From: Deltaproteobacteria bacterium
GTDB lineage: Bacteria > Desulfobacterota > Desulfobaccia > Desulfobaccales > 0-14-0-80-60-11
Direction of reading: 5' to 3'
NCBI GenBank assembly: GCA_026388765.1
Contig: JAPLJC010000088.1
Span: 1-58,685, forward strand
Length of the DNA stretch: 58,685 nt
The translations under genes were made by a program, and so were the position numbers. The stretch's first letter is position 1. Every line of letters begins with the position of its first letter. The notes under the pieces were generated by a model, which saw only the letters and a list, made by a program, of their open reading frames with translations, was not told where the DNA came from and ran no database searches. This document shows positions 39,859 through 51,547 of this stretch, one piece after another.

Positions 39859-40400
39859 TTAAGAAGGGATTTATTAATCGGGTAGATAAGCGGTGTGTGG
39901 AGATAACCCCACAATTTTGCGTTTGTTTGCCATCGAAAAGAATTAAAGGCAAATTTGCCCTATGACGGCCGCGGATGCTGGTGGACATTGGGGCGCCCCC
40001 AAACGACTCGAAGCTATCACTGGTCTCCGAAGACCAAAAAGTTAGAGGCGTCGTTATCTGCTATCTATCAATCCTTATAAAATCCATCAAAGTGGGTTTG
40101 ATATAGATATCATAGCTGTATCCAAGTCCCTGGCGACATTTAAAGTTTTAGTCCCAAGGGTCAGGTCTAATCTGATCTCGGTTTGATGATTGTCAGCTCA
40201 AATCTTGGTCATTACACCAGAATTGTTTTTAAACTTTCTGAAAAACCGGGGGGAAGACCGTGAGCCGGAAAGTGCCACCTCGCCAGCCGCGCCTGGTGCC
40301 CCCCCGTTAATGCGCCAAAACTTGCCTGCCCGTCAGCCCAGACTTTATTTCTTTGGCAAATTAGGATATAATCAAAAATTCATTATATTATCTGAGGTTT

Positions 40401-41642
40401 ATGCGCGTGGCTTTGATCGTCCAAAAATACGGCGGCACTTCGGTGGCCAATCCGGACCGCATCGCCAACGTGGCCAACCGGGTGGTGAAGAGCTGGGAGC
40501 AAGGCCACCGCATGGTGGTGGTCTTGAGCGCCATGGCCGGCGAGACCGACCGCCTCATCAGATTGGCTAAGGAGTTGGCGGAAGACCCCGATCCCCGGGA
40601 ACTGGATGTCCTCTTGGCCACCGGGGAGCAGACCACCGTCTCCCTGTTCAGCATTTTTTTGCGGGCCCAGGGCGTGCCGGCCACTTCGCTGCTCAGCCAC
40701 CAGGCCCGCATCTACACCGACCGGGCCTATGGCCGGGCCCGGATCCTGGGCATCGATACCGACCGGATCAAGGAAGAATTAAAGAAAAACCGCATCGTCA
40801 CCGTGGCCGGCTTCCAGGGGGTGGATGAAGTGGGCAACATCACCACTTTGGGCCGGGGCGGCTCCGACACCACCGCGGTGGCCATGGCCGCGGCCCTGAA
40901 GGCCGACCTGTGCGAAATCTACACCGACGTGGACGGGGTCTACACCACCGATCCCCGCCTTTGCCCCAAGGCCCGGAAGCTGGAGCGCATCTCGTATGAC
41001 GAAATGCTGGAGTTGGCCTCCATGGGGGCCAAGGTCCTGGAGATCCGCTCGGTCGGTTTCGCCAGGCGTTATAGCGTCCCCCTGGTGGTGCGCAGCAGTT
41101 TTTCCGAGGAGCCGGGCACCCTGGTGACCGTGGAGGATGAAGAAATGGAAATTGTGCCGGTATCCGGTGTAGCTCTGAGCAGAAATGACGCCCGGGTCAC
41201 CATCACCCGGGTTCCCGACCGCCCCGGCGTGGCGAGCCACCTGTTCCAGCCGGTGGCCGCGGCCAACATCGTGGTGGATATGATCATCCAGAACACCAGC
41301 AGCGAGGGGCACACTGACCTCACTTTCACCGTGCCCAAGGGCGATCTTAAAAAGACCATGGAGATTGTCAGGCCGGTGGCCGCCGATGTCGGGGCCGAGA
41401 AGGTCTTGAGCGAGGAGAATATCGCCAAGGTCTCCATCGTCGGCGTGGGCATGAAGAACAACGCCGGAGTGGCGGCCAAGATGTTCGAAGCCATGGCCGC
41501 CGAAAACATTAACATCTTGATGATCAGCACCTCAGAAATCAAGATTTCCTGCGTCATCGAGGACAAGTACGGCGAATTGGCGGTGCGGGTCCTCCACGAC
41601 GCCTTCGGTCTGGATCAGCCCCCGCCGCCGAAGAAACGATAA
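40401..41642 (+). CDS. lysC: Aspartate kinase
   Basis: QKYGGTSV, TTLGRGGSDTTA and DVDGVYTTDPR motifs plus two ACT domains. Confidence 0.96.
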   Translation: MRVALIVQKYGGTSVANPDRIANVANRVVKSWEQGHRMVVVLSAMAGETDRLIRLAKELAEDPDPRELDVLLATGEQTTVSLFSIFLRAQGVPATSLLSHQARIYTDRAYGRARILGIDTDRIKEELKKNRIVTVAGFQGVDEVGNITTLGRGGSDTTAVAMAAALKADLCEIYTDVDGVYTTDPRLCPKARKLERISYDEMLELASMGAKVLEIRSVGFARRYSVPLVVRSSFSEEPGTLVTVEDEEMEIVPVSGVALSRNDARVTITRVPDRPGVASHLFQPVAAANIVVDMIIQNTSSEGHTDLTFTVPKGDLKKTMEIVRPVAADVGAEKVLSEENIAKVSIVGVGMKNNAGVAAKMFEAMAAENINILMISTSEIKISCVIEDKYGELAVRVLHDAFGLDQPPPPKKR

Positions 41643-41667
41643 GCATATTTGAGGGAAAGGCCTTATT

Positions 41668-41755
41668 AAAAAGGTTAAAGGGGAAAAGGTTAAAAGGGGA
41701 AAACCCCACATGTTCCCGGGTTTTTTTCCCTTTTCCCCTCTTCTCCTTTTCGCCC
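41668..41755. repeat. Inverted pair of ~8-bp purine/pyrimidine tandem arrays
   Basis: (AAAAGGGG-like)n 41668-41703 and (TTTTCCCC-like)n 41721-41755. Confidence 0.7.
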
Positions 41756-41811
41756 AAGCTTCATCTGGCTGCTCCCTCAAAAACTTATAACCCCGAATAC
41801 AGAGGTACATC

Positions 41812-43469
<1,658 letters not shown>

Positions 43470-43470
<1 letters not shown>

Positions 43471-43555
43471 GGGGAAAAGGGGAAAAGGGAAAAAGGCGAA
43501 AAGGGAAAGAGACCTTTTACCATTTCCCCTTTTCACCTCTTGCCCTTTCGCCCCT
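43470..43555. repeat. Inverted pair of ~8-bp tandem arrays
   Basis: (GGGGAAAA-like)x5 then (TTTCCCCT-like)x5, filling the cimA-comEA gap. Confidence 0.75.
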
Positions 43556-43559
43556 TATC

Positions 43560-44129
43560 ATGAGATTGCCTTATTTCAGCCGCGCTCAACAGGGTGTCAT
43601 CCTTCTCTTAGGGGCCGCCCTGTTTTTTTTATGGGCCTGGCGGGCTAATTTTTTCCTGGCCCCCTCCCCTCCCCCGCCCCGGAACCTGACCCTGGTATTC
43701 GTGGAAGTAAACGGCGCAGGCGCCCATCCCGGGGTCTATACCTTTGAGCACGCCCCCACGCTGGCGGAGGTCTGGCGCCAGAGCGACGGGGCCGGGACGG
43801 CGCCGGCCTGCCCGGATAAAGTAGCCTCGGGCAGCCGGGTAGAGATCGGGGAGGATGGCCATTATCAGTTGGCCCGCATGCACGGCGCCGAACTGCTCAC
43901 CCTCGGCCTGGCCATCGATCTGAATACCGCCACCGCCGCCGACCTGGACGCCCTGCCCGGCGTCGGCCCGGCCCTGGCCCAGGGCATTATCGACTACCGG
44001 CGGGAACATGGCCTTTTTAAGAAAATTGACGATTTGGAAAAGGTCTCGGGAATCGGCTCGAAGAAGTTGGAGAAGATTAAACCTTATTTGGTTATTTCAG
44101 AGACTGAGGGAACCACTGAGGCTCGCTGA
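43560..44129 (+). CDS. comEA: ComEA family DNA-binding protein
   Basis: N-terminal TM; IDLNTA..LDALPGVGP and VSGIG HhH motifs. Confidence 0.9.
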   Translation: MRLPYFSRAQQGVILLLGAALFFLWAWRANFFLAPSPPPPRNLTLVFVEVNGAGAHPGVYTFEHAPTLAEVWRQSDGAGTAPACPDKVASGSRVEIGEDGHYQLARMHGAELLTLGLAIDLNTATAADLDALPGVGPALAQGIIDYRREHGLFKKIDDLEKVSGIGSKKLEKIKPYLVISETEGTTEAR

Positions 44130-44218
44130 TGATAGTGGCACAGGCTTCCAGCCTGTGTCTAGCACAGGCCAGAGGCCTGTGCCACTTTTAGCTGCGGACA
44201 TCGGCGACTAAATTCATC

Positions 44219-45217
44219 ATGTTAATCTTAGGCATCGAAACTTCCTGCGATGAAACCGCTGCGGCGGTAGTAGAGGACGGCCGCCGCGTCTTATCCTCCG
44301 TGGTGGCCACCCAGTTCGAGTCCCACGCCCAATATGGCGGAGTGGTGCCGGAGATCGCCGCCCGGCGGCACCTGGAGAACCTCCTGCCGGTGCTACAGGG
44401 CGCCCTGGACCAGGCCGGGGTGACCCTGAAGGACGTGGACGGCCTGGCCGTGACCCAGGGGCCCGGCCTCATCGGCGCCCTGGTCATTGGCATGGCCGTG
44501 GCCAAGGTGTTGTCCTATACCTTAAAAAAACCATTGGCGGGGGTCCACCATTTACAGGCCCATATCCTGGCGGCCTTCCTGACCGAGAACCCGCCGGCCC
44601 TTCCCTTGGTGGCCCTGGTGGTCTCCGGCGGCCACACCAACCTTTACCGGGTCAACAGCTTCCTGAAGATGGACCTGCTGGGCAGAAGCCGGGATGACGC
44701 CGCCGGGGAGGCCTTCGACAAGGTGGCCAAGCTCATGCAACTGGGTTACCCAGGCGGGGTCAAGGTCGAGGCCCTGGCCGCCCGCGGCAACCCCGCAGCC
44801 TTCTCCCTGCCCCGGCCCCGCATCGCGACAGAACCCCTCACCTTCAGCTTCAGCGGTCTCAAGACCGCGGTGGCCTTGCAGCTCAAACGACATCCGGAGA
44901 TTCTCGCCGACCCCGGGGCCCAGGCCGACCTGGCCGCCAGCTTCCAGGAAGCGGTGGTGGAGTCGCTCACCAGCCGGGCCTGGCTGGCCCTCAAACAGAC
45001 TGGCCTAAACCGCCTGGTGGTCTGCGGCGGGGTGGCGGCCAACGGCCATCTGCGCCAGGTTTTGCGTGATCTGGCCGCAACCGCCGGCACCGAGCTGTTC
45101 CTGCCTACCTTAGACCTGTGCGGCGACAACGCCGCCATGGTGGCGGCCCTGGGCTTCCACCTGCTGGCGGCCGGGCAGCGCCTGGACCTGGACGCGGATG
45201 TCTTTTCCCGGGGGTAG
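44219..45217 (+). CDS. tsaD: tRNA t6A threonylcarbamoyltransferase TsaD
   Basis: GIETSCDET, GGVVPEIAAR, HLQAH, VSGGHT, DDAAGEAFDK and DNAAM motifs. Confidence 0.96.
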   Translation: MLILGIETSCDETAAAVVEDGRRVLSSVVATQFESHAQYGGVVPEIAARRHLENLLPVLQGALDQAGVTLKDVDGLAVTQGPGLIGALVIGMAVAKVLSYTLKKPLAGVHHLQAHILAAFLTENPPALPLVALVVSGGHTNLYRVNSFLKMDLLGRSRDDAAGEAFDKVAKLMQLGYPGGVKVEALAARGNPAAFSLPRPRIATEPLTFSFSGLKTAVALQLKRHPEILADPGAQADLAASFQEAVVESLTSRAWLALKQTGLNRLVVCGGVAANGHLRQVLRDLAATAGTELFLPTLDLCGDNAAMVAALGFHLLAAGQRLDLDADVFSRG

Positions 45218-45245
45218 GAGTATGACAATGGTGCGTAGGACGCAC
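45171..45245 (+). repeat. 75-bp direct repeat, copy 1 (tsaD 3' end plus REP)
   Basis: Matches 45884-45958 with 4 mismatches. Confidence 0.92.
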
Positions 45246-45284
45246 CCTACCGTGATTGCCACCGTAGGGTGCGTCCTACGCACC
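45230..45284. repeat. GTAG-type REP doublet (family B) left of RAYT-2
   Basis: GGTGCGTAGGACGCACCCTAC and its reverse complement; further copies at 45860-45880, 45943-45961 and 45971-45991. Confidence 0.9.
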
Positions 45285-45307
45285 ATCATTTAGGGGTTGC
45301 CTTAAGA

Positions 45308-45856
45308 ATGCCGGAATATCGTCGGGTTAAGACCAAAGGTGGTACGTATTTTTTCACGGTGAACACCCACTTGCGTCGGCCTATTTTAACGACAGAAAGC
45401 ATTCGCCAAGCCTTGCGAGATGGCATTAATAGAGCTCGGCAAACCTTACCGTTCAAGATCGAAGCCTGGGTTTTGTTACCAGACCATCTCCATGCCATCC
45501 GGACCCTGCCTTTGAACGATCATAATTATTCCTCCCGCTGGGCCATCATTAAGCGCCAGGTAAGTAAAAATTGCCCTGCACAATTCGACAGCAGCGCCCA
45601 GATAAGTAATTCCAGGCTTAAACGTCAGGAAAGCGGTATCTGGCAAAGGCGTTTTTGGGAGCACCAGATTAGGGATGACCTCGATTTTGAACGTCATATG
45701 GATTACTTGCATTGGAATCCGGTAAAGCATGGCTATGTTCGGAAGGTGATAGATTGGCCGTTTTCATCCTTTCACCGATTGGTGGCTCAGGGGGTTTATC
45801 CGCCTTATTGGGGTGGAGAGGAGGTTGATAAGGATGAGTACAGTTTTGGCGAATGA
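45308..45856 (+). mobile_element. REP-associated tyrosine transposase (RAYT-2, TnpA-REP/YafM type)
   Basis: GGTYFFTV, WVLLPDHLH (HUH), IWQRRFWEHQIRD, DYLHWNPVKHG and DWPFSSFH motifs. Confidence 0.92.
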
Positions 45857-45883
45857 ATTGGTGCGTAGGACGCACCCTACAAA

Positions 45884-45958
45884 CCGGGCAGCGCCTGGAT
45901 TTGGACGCCGATGTCTTCTCCCGGGGGTAGGAGTATGACAATGGTGCGTAGGACGCAC
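45884..45958 (+). repeat. 75-bp direct repeat, copy 2 (orphan tsaD 3' end plus REP)
   Basis: Encodes GQRLDLDADVFSRG*, the same peptide as the tsaD C-terminus. Confidence 0.92.
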
Positions 45959-46130
45959 TACAGAAAGGGCATAGGGTGCGTCCTGCGCACCATGAAAAAA
46001 TGCCGCGCCGGAATTTGAAGACCGCTAATTTCTTTTTTAGATATTCCCATTTAGTTATAATTATTTGATATAGTCGCCTTTACGGGAGGAGTGGCAGGGC
46101 GGATTAGCGCCCCGCCGATGCGCAGAGATC

Positions 46131-47501
46131 ATGGAGCAGTCCCTGGGACAACGCCTGGCCCTGTTGACCGATCTTTATCAGTTGACCATGGCGGCCTGCT
46201 ATTTCGAGCAGGGGATGGAGGCAGAGGCCACCTTTAGTCTGTTCATCCGCAAATACCCCGCCGACCGCGGCTACTTTGTCGCCGCCGGCCTGGCCGAAGC
46301 CCTCACCTACCTGGAAAGTTTGAGATTTGCCGAAGAAGACCTGGCCTTTCTTTCGAGCACCGGGCTCTTTCAAACCTCTTTCCTCGATTACCTGGCTAGG
46401 GTCCGGTTCACCGGGGAGGTGCACGCCCTGCCGGAAGGGACCATCTTTTTCAAGGACGAGCCCATTTTAGAGGTGAGCGGACCCATCCTGGAAGCCCAAT
46501 TGGCGGAGACCTTCATCATCAACGCCGTCAGCCTCCAGACCATGATCGCCACCAAGGCCTCCCGCGCCGTCTATGCGGCTCAGGGGCGCCCTCTGATCGA
46601 TTTTTCCCTGCGGCGCACCCAGGGAACCGACGCCGGCCTGAAGGTGGCCCGGGCCAGTTATCTGGCCGGGTTCCTGGGGACCAGCAACGTCCTGGCGGGG
46701 AAACTTTACGGTCTCCCCACCTTCGGCACCATGGCCCATTCCTACATTACCAGCTTTACCCGGGAGATTGACGCCTTCCGGGTCTTCGCCCGGGTCTTCC
46801 CCAAGACCACCACCCTGCTCATCGACACCTATGACAACCTGGCCGGGGCCAGGAATGCCGTGACGGTGGCCAAGGAGATGGAGGCCCGGGGGGAGCGACT
46901 GCGTTACGTACGCCTGGATTCCGGAGATATGGCCGCCATTAGCCGGGAGGTGCGCCGCCTCCTGAACGACCACGGCCTCAATTACGTCCGCATCCTCGCC
47001 AGCGGCAGCTTTGATGAGCACAAGATCGCCAAGGTGTTGGGCGCGGGCGCCGAGATAGACAGCTTTGCAGTGGGCACCAAAATGGGGGTGTCCGCCGATG
47101 CCCCGTACTTCGACATCGCCTATAAACTGGTAAAATATGCCGAACGGCCGGTGATGAAACTCTCCACCGGCAAGGTCACCCTGGTGGACAAGAAACAGGT
47201 TTTCCGCCATTATGACGATAAGGGTAAGATGCAGCGGGATGTTATTGCCCTGCGGAATGAAGACGTTGCCTGGGCCTTGCCGCTGCTGCGGCCGGTGATG
47301 CGCCGGGGCCAGATCGTCCGGCCTTTGCCATCCCTGAACGACCACCGAGAACATTTTCAGGCTCAGTTTGCACACCTACCCGAGCCTTACAAGGCCCTGG
47401 AGAACCCGCCGGTTTATCCGGTGGAGTTGAGTCCCGGACTCCAGGACTTGCAGTCCCGAGTGGAGTGCAAACTGCGTCAGGGCGAAATGGGAGAAAGTTG
47501 A
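46131..47501 (+). CDS. pncB: Nicotinate phosphoribosyltransferase
   Basis: LLTDLYQLTM, DFSLRR, GTMAHS, LIDTYD and VRLDSGD motifs. Confidence 0.95.
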   Translation: MEQSLGQRLALLTDLYQLTMAACYFEQGMEAEATFSLFIRKYPADRGYFVAAGLAEALTYLESLRFAEEDLAFLSSTGLFQTSFLDYLARVRFTGEVHALPEGTIFFKDEPILEVSGPILEAQLAETFIINAVSLQTMIATKASRAVYAAQGRPLIDFSLRRTQGTDAGLKVARASYLAGFLGTSNVLAGKLYGLPTFGTMAHSYITSFTREIDAFRVFARVFPKTTTLLIDTYDNLAGARNAVTVAKEMEARGERLRYVRLDSGDMAAISREVRRLLNDHGLNYVRILASGSFDEHKIAKVLGAGAEIDSFAVGTKMGVSADAPYFDIAYKLVKYAERPVMKLSTGKVTLVDKKQVFRHYDDKGKMQRDVIALRNEDVAWALPLLRPVMRRGQIVRPLPSLNDHREHFQAQFAHLPEPYKALENPPVYPVELSPGLQDLQSRVECKLRQGEMGES

Positions 47502-47507
47502 GCTGAC

Positions 47508-48119
47508 ATGGGACTTACCGAGACTCTCTGTTACTATAATACCCTGTTCATCAACCAGTGCAGCTACCTGGGCATCTTCACGCTGATGGCCCTGGAGAGC
47601 ATGATCGCCCCCATCCCCAGCGAATTGGTCATGCCCTTTGCCGGCTTTTTAATCTTCAGCGGCCACTTCGATCCCCTGACGGTGATGGTGGCCGCCAGTC
47701 TGGGGTCCGTCGTCGGCTCAATGCTGTCGTACGGCATGGGAATGTTGGGAGAGCCGGTGGTGCTGCGCTACGGGCGCTACCTGTTCCTCAATCCGCACCA
47801 CCTGGAATGGACCAAAAAGTTTTTTGACCGCCATGGCGGCAAGACGATCTTCATCTGCCGGTTCATTCCGGTGGTGCGCCATCTCATCTCCATCCCCGCG
47901 GGATTGGCCCGGATGCCCCTGGCGGCGTTTGTGCTGTACACCGCGGTGGGCGCCACCTTGTGGAACGGCTTTCTCACCTACCTGGGGGTGCGGCTCAAGG
48001 AAAATTGGCCCATCGTCCAGCGATATACCCATATCCTGGATTTTTTTGTGGTGGGCGCCCTGATAGGCTTGGCAGGTTACTTCGCCTGGAAGCTGAAAAC
48101 CGCACGGAAAACGGCATGA
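47508..48119 (+). CDS. DedA family membrane protein
   Basis: PIPSELVMPFAG and RFIPVVRHLISIPAG motifs. Confidence 0.92.
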   Translation: MGLTETLCYYNTLFINQCSYLGIFTLMALESMIAPIPSELVMPFAGFLIFSGHFDPLTVMVAASLGSVVGSMLSYGMGMLGEPVVLRYGRYLFLNPHHLEWTKKFFDRHGGKTIFICRFIPVVRHLISIPAGLARMPLAAFVLYTAVGATLWNGFLTYLGVRLKENWPIVQRYTHILDFFVVGALIGLAGYFAWKLKTARKTA

Positions 48120-48925
48120 GTCAGGAATCCGGCCGGACGGCGGCAAACCCGAAAATCGTTTCCGGAACTTCGGAACTCCGGCCAGCAGGCAACGAAGCCC
48201 TGATCAATCCCTGCCGCGGGAAGAGCGAAGCGGCCGTCTCGGCCAGGGTGATCCTCACTTTTGTCCGTCCAGACTACGAGTATTTGTGCCGCCTGGTCCA
48301 GGCCAAGGCGAGCCCCCGCTCTCTCTGGGAATGCGCCCTGCGGGGAGGTCTCTGGGAAGGGCAGCCCATTACCATTGTGGCCCCGGCGATGGGCGCGCCT
48401 TATGCGGTGATGGTCCTGGAGAAGCTCATCGCCCTGGGAGCCCGGATGGTGCTGGCTTTAGGGTGGTGCGGCTCCCTGCAGCCAGGGGTGTGCAACGGCG
48501 ACCTGTTGTTACCCACTCTGGCGGTGGCGGGCGAGGGAACTTCCAGGCACTATTCCCGGGGAGACGGCGACCCGACCCCGGCCGCGGCCTTGACTGCGAG
48601 GCTGCAGCAGGCCTTAAAAAATTCGGCTAGACCCTGGCATGCCGGCCCCATCTGGACCACCGACGCCGTCTTCCGGGAAACGGCCGATTTAGTCCAGCAC
48701 TATCAGGCCCAGGGGGTTCTCGGGGTGGAAATGGAGATGTCGGCTCTGTTCGCGGTGGGCCGTTTCCGACAGGTTCCGGTGGCCGGGTTGCTCGTGGTTT
48801 CCGATGAGCTCGCCACCTTAAGCTGGCAGCCCGGCTACCGCTCGGAGGGCTTCCGCCAGGCTCGGGAGCAGGCGGCCAGGCTGGTGTTGGACGTCGCGGC
48901 CCAATGGGAAGCCGACCATGTTTAA
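48116..48925 (+). CDS. Nucleoside phosphorylase (PNP/UDP family)
   Basis: MGAP, GWCGSL, EGTSRHY, WTTDAVFRET, VEME and VSD motifs. Confidence 0.88.
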   Translation: MSQESGRTAANPKIVSGTSELRPAGNEALINPCRGKSEAAVSARVILTFVRPDYEYLCRLVQAKASPRSLWECALRGGLWEGQPITIVAPAMGAPYAVMVLEKLIALGARMVLALGWCGSLQPGVCNGDLLLPTLAVAGEGTSRHYSRGDGDPTPAAALTARLQQALKNSARPWHAGPIWTTDAVFRETADLVQHYQAQGVLGVEMEMSALFAVGRFRQVPVAGLLVVSDELATLSWQPGYRSEGFRQAREQAARLVLDVAAQWEADHV

Positions 48926-49976
48926 AGGCTCCATCATGGCTCTGGATGTGGGGGGCGGCACCCAGGATCTCTTTATCTGGGAGCCGGGCCAGGCGGTGGA
49001 AAATGCCGTGAAAATGGTGTTGCCGGCCCCCACCCAAATCCTGGCCCGCCGCATCAAACGCCTGGGTGAGGCCGGGCACCCCATCTTCCTGCATGGGCAG
49101 GTGATGGGCGGCGGGGCCATCACCCAGGCGGTGCGGCGTCATCTGGCCCGAGGGCTGCCGGTTTATGCCACGCCTCAAGCTGCCTTTACTTTAAGCGACC
49201 GCCTGGAACAGGTGACGGCCTGGGGGGTGGCGCTCACCGAAAGTCCGCCCGGGGAGGCAACGGCCATCACCTTGGGTGACGTGGACCTGGAGGGCATGGG
49301 AAGCCTGCTGGCGGCCTTTGAAGTCCCTTTCCCGAGTCACTTCGCGGTGGCGGTCCAGGACCACGGTTTTGCCCCGCAGGAAAGCAATCGGCGCTGCCGC
49401 TTCCGTTATTGGGAGGACTTTCTGAGCCGGGGCGGGGAACTCCGGGATCTGGCCTTTCGCCAGCCGCCGGCCTCTTTCACCAGGATGCTCTCCGTGGCCG
49501 AAACCCTGCCGGGGGTGTTGCTGATGGATACCTGCGCCGCCGGGGTCCGGGGGGCGTTACAAGACCCCCAGGCCCGGGAGCACCTCGCCGCCGGCCTGCT
49601 GGTGGTCAACCTGGGCAATGCCCACACCTTTGCCGGGCTGGTCCGGGGGCAACGCCTCTGGGGCATCTACGAGCACCACACCGGGTTGTTGGATCAGGGC
49701 AAGCTCTTCGACCATTTGGCCCGGTTTCAGGCCGGCGAACTCACCAATGACGAGGTCTTTGCCGACCAGGGGCATGGCTGCGCTTACGCCCCCGGCTATC
49801 CTCCCGCCGGCCCGTTCTCCTTTACCGTCATCACCGGTCCCCGGCGGCGCCTGGCCCGTGGTTGGCCCGGAGTCTTCGCAGCCCCCCTGGGGGACATGAT
49901 GCTCACCGGCTGTTTTGGCCTGGTGGCGGCTTGGTTGGAGATGGAGCAACTTCCCGCACTTCCGGCAGATTACTGA
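48918..49976 (+). CDS. DUF1786 family protein (ASKHA-like)
   Basis: ALDVGGGTQD, AVQDHG, NLGNAHT, YEHHT, GHG and GDMMLTGCFG motifs. Confidence 0.8.
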   Translation: MFKGSIMALDVGGGTQDLFIWEPGQAVENAVKMVLPAPTQILARRIKRLGEAGHPIFLHGQVMGGGAITQAVRRHLARGLPVYATPQAAFTLSDRLEQVTAWGVALTESPPGEATAITLGDVDLEGMGSLLAAFEVPFPSHFAVAVQDHGFAPQESNRRCRFRYWEDFLSRGGELRDLAFRQPPASFTRMLSVAETLPGVLLMDTCAAGVRGALQDPQAREHLAAGLLVVNLGNAHTFAGLVRGQRLWGIYEHHTGLLDQGKLFDHLARFQAGELTNDEVFADQGHGCAYAPGYPPAGPFSFTVITGPRRRLARGWPGVFAAPLGDMMLTGCFGLVAAWLEMEQLPALPADY

Positions 49977-50004
49977 CGCGGTCCCGAGATGAGGAGATAA
50001 CTTT

Positions 50005-50847
50005 ATGGAGATCAAATTTTGGGGTACCAGGGGCTCAATTCCTTCTCCGGGGCCCCATACCCTGGAGTTCGGAGGCAATACCTCTTGCGTCGAAGTCTTG
50101 CTGAATAGCGGCAGGCGCCTCGTGATCGACGGCGGCACCGGCCTGCGCCTCCTGGGCAAGCATTTGATGGAAGCGGCCTCTCCCGTCAGTATCCATCTCC
50201 TCCTCAGCCACGGGCACTGGGATCACCTCCTGGGTATCCCCTTCTTTACCCCCATTTATCAAGCAAGCACGGAGATCCTGGTGGATGGCTGGCCGCCGGC
50301 TTTCCAGGCCATGACCCGGGTCTTCGACAGCCATATGGGCGACGGTTTCTTCCCGGTGGCCTTCGACCATCTCAAGGCGCGCATCGATTATCTCAACCGC
50401 CTGGCCCACGGGCCCCTGGAAGTGGAGGGCGCCCGCATCGATGCCATCCCGACCAATCATCCCCAGGGCGGCTTCGGCTTCCGGATCAAGGAAGACGGCC
50501 ACACCATGGTCTTCATCACCGATAGCGAATTGGGGGCGGACCGGGGTCAGCGGCTGCCGGAATTTGCCGAATTCGTCCGGGACTGCGACCTGCTGATCCA
50601 TGACGCCCAATACCTGCCCGAGGATTTCCCTGAGCGCCGGGGCTGGGGCCACTCGACTTATGAAGAGGTGGTGACCCTGGCCCGGGAGGGGGGAGTCCAC
50701 AATTTAATTCTGACCCACCACGATCCCGGCCGCACCGACGCGGAGGTGGAGAAAATTATTGAATTGGCCCGGCAACTGGCAACCGGAGGTCCCAACCCGC
50801 ATTATATCGACGCCGCCCGGGAAGGGGCCTGTTACCGGCTGCCTTGA
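50005..50847 (+). CDS. Metallo-beta-lactamase fold hydrolase
   Basis: FWGTRGSIP, GGNTSC, HGHWDH, WGHS and THHDP motifs. Confidence 0.9.
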   Translation: MEIKFWGTRGSIPSPGPHTLEFGGNTSCVEVLLNSGRRLVIDGGTGLRLLGKHLMEAASPVSIHLLLSHGHWDHLLGIPFFTPIYQASTEILVDGWPPAFQAMTRVFDSHMGDGFFPVAFDHLKARIDYLNRLAHGPLEVEGARIDAIPTNHPQGGFGFRIKEDGHTMVFITDSELGADRGQRLPEFAEFVRDCDLLIHDAQYLPEDFPERRGWGHSTYEEVVTLAREGGVHNLILTHHDPGRTDAEVEKIIELARQLATGGPNPHYIDAAREGACYRLP

Positions 50848-50977
50848 GTTAGTTTCGAGTTTCGAGTTTCGAGTTTTTAGTAAAATCGGTTAAGCCTTGG
50901 AAAAATATCCTATTTCGCAACCTGTAGGGGCGGGGAGCACACCGCCCCTATAACCTTTTTAGCGGCAATGGAGTCAT

Positions 50978-51547
50978 ATGGAAGGTTTTTGGCTGGCCCT
51001 ATTCCTGATTTTCGTAGCTGAAATGGGGGACAAGACTCAGTTGGTGGCCCTCACCCTGGCCACCCGTTTCAAGGCCGGGGTGGTCCTTGCCGGGGTGTTT
51101 GTGGCAACGCTGCTGGTCCACGCTTTTTCCGTACTCTTGGGCGACCTCACCGGCAAACTGCTGCCGCCCGGCTGGCTCGAGTTGCTTTGCGGCCTGGCCT
51201 TTGTGGCCTTTGGCCTCTGGACTCTCCGCGGCGATCAGGCCGACGAGGGCAACGGCCGGATCAACCGGCTGAAATCTCCTTTCCTGATCGTGGCCGTCAC
51301 CTTTTTCCTGGCGGAATTGGGCGACAAGACCATGTTGGGCACGGTCACCCTGGCCGCCCAATACTCCCCTGTACAAGTCTGGCTCGGTTCCACCCTGGGC
51401 ATGGTAATCTCTGACGCCCTGGCCATCTGGGTGGGGCTGACCCTGGGCCGCCACCTGCCGGAAAAGGCCATCAAGATCGGGGCCGCGGCCATCTTTTTCG
51501 GGGTGGGAATTTACTATGCCGGGCAGGGGATAGCCCTGCTTTGGTGA
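50978..51547 (+). CDS. TMEM165/GDT1 (UPF0016) Mn/Ca transporter
   Basis: Two ExGDKT motifs. Confidence 0.93.
   Translation: MEGFWLALFLIFVAEMGDKTQLVALTLATRFKAGVVLAGVFVATLLVHAFSVLLGDLTGKLLPPGWLELLCGLAFVAFGLWTLRGDQADEGNGRINRLKSPFLIVAVTFFLAELGDKTMLGTVTLAAQYSPVQVWLGSTLGMVISDALAIWVGLTLGRHLPEKAIKIGAAAIFFGVGIYYAGQGIALLW

Noticed and set aside
39860-40400. Lysine riboswitch or tRNA integration site before lysC
   Set aside because: An AGAGGC is present but the other L-box motifs are not, and no cloverleaf was found.
45230-45991. Repeated 21-bp palindromes as a CRISPR array
   Set aside because: Alternating orientation, no regular unique spacers, no cas genes; they flank a RAYT and are REPs.
48116-48925. 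Assignment as HpnG of the hopanoid pathway
   Set aside because: Far from the hpn cluster, and the motifs look like the general uridine/purine phosphorylase type.
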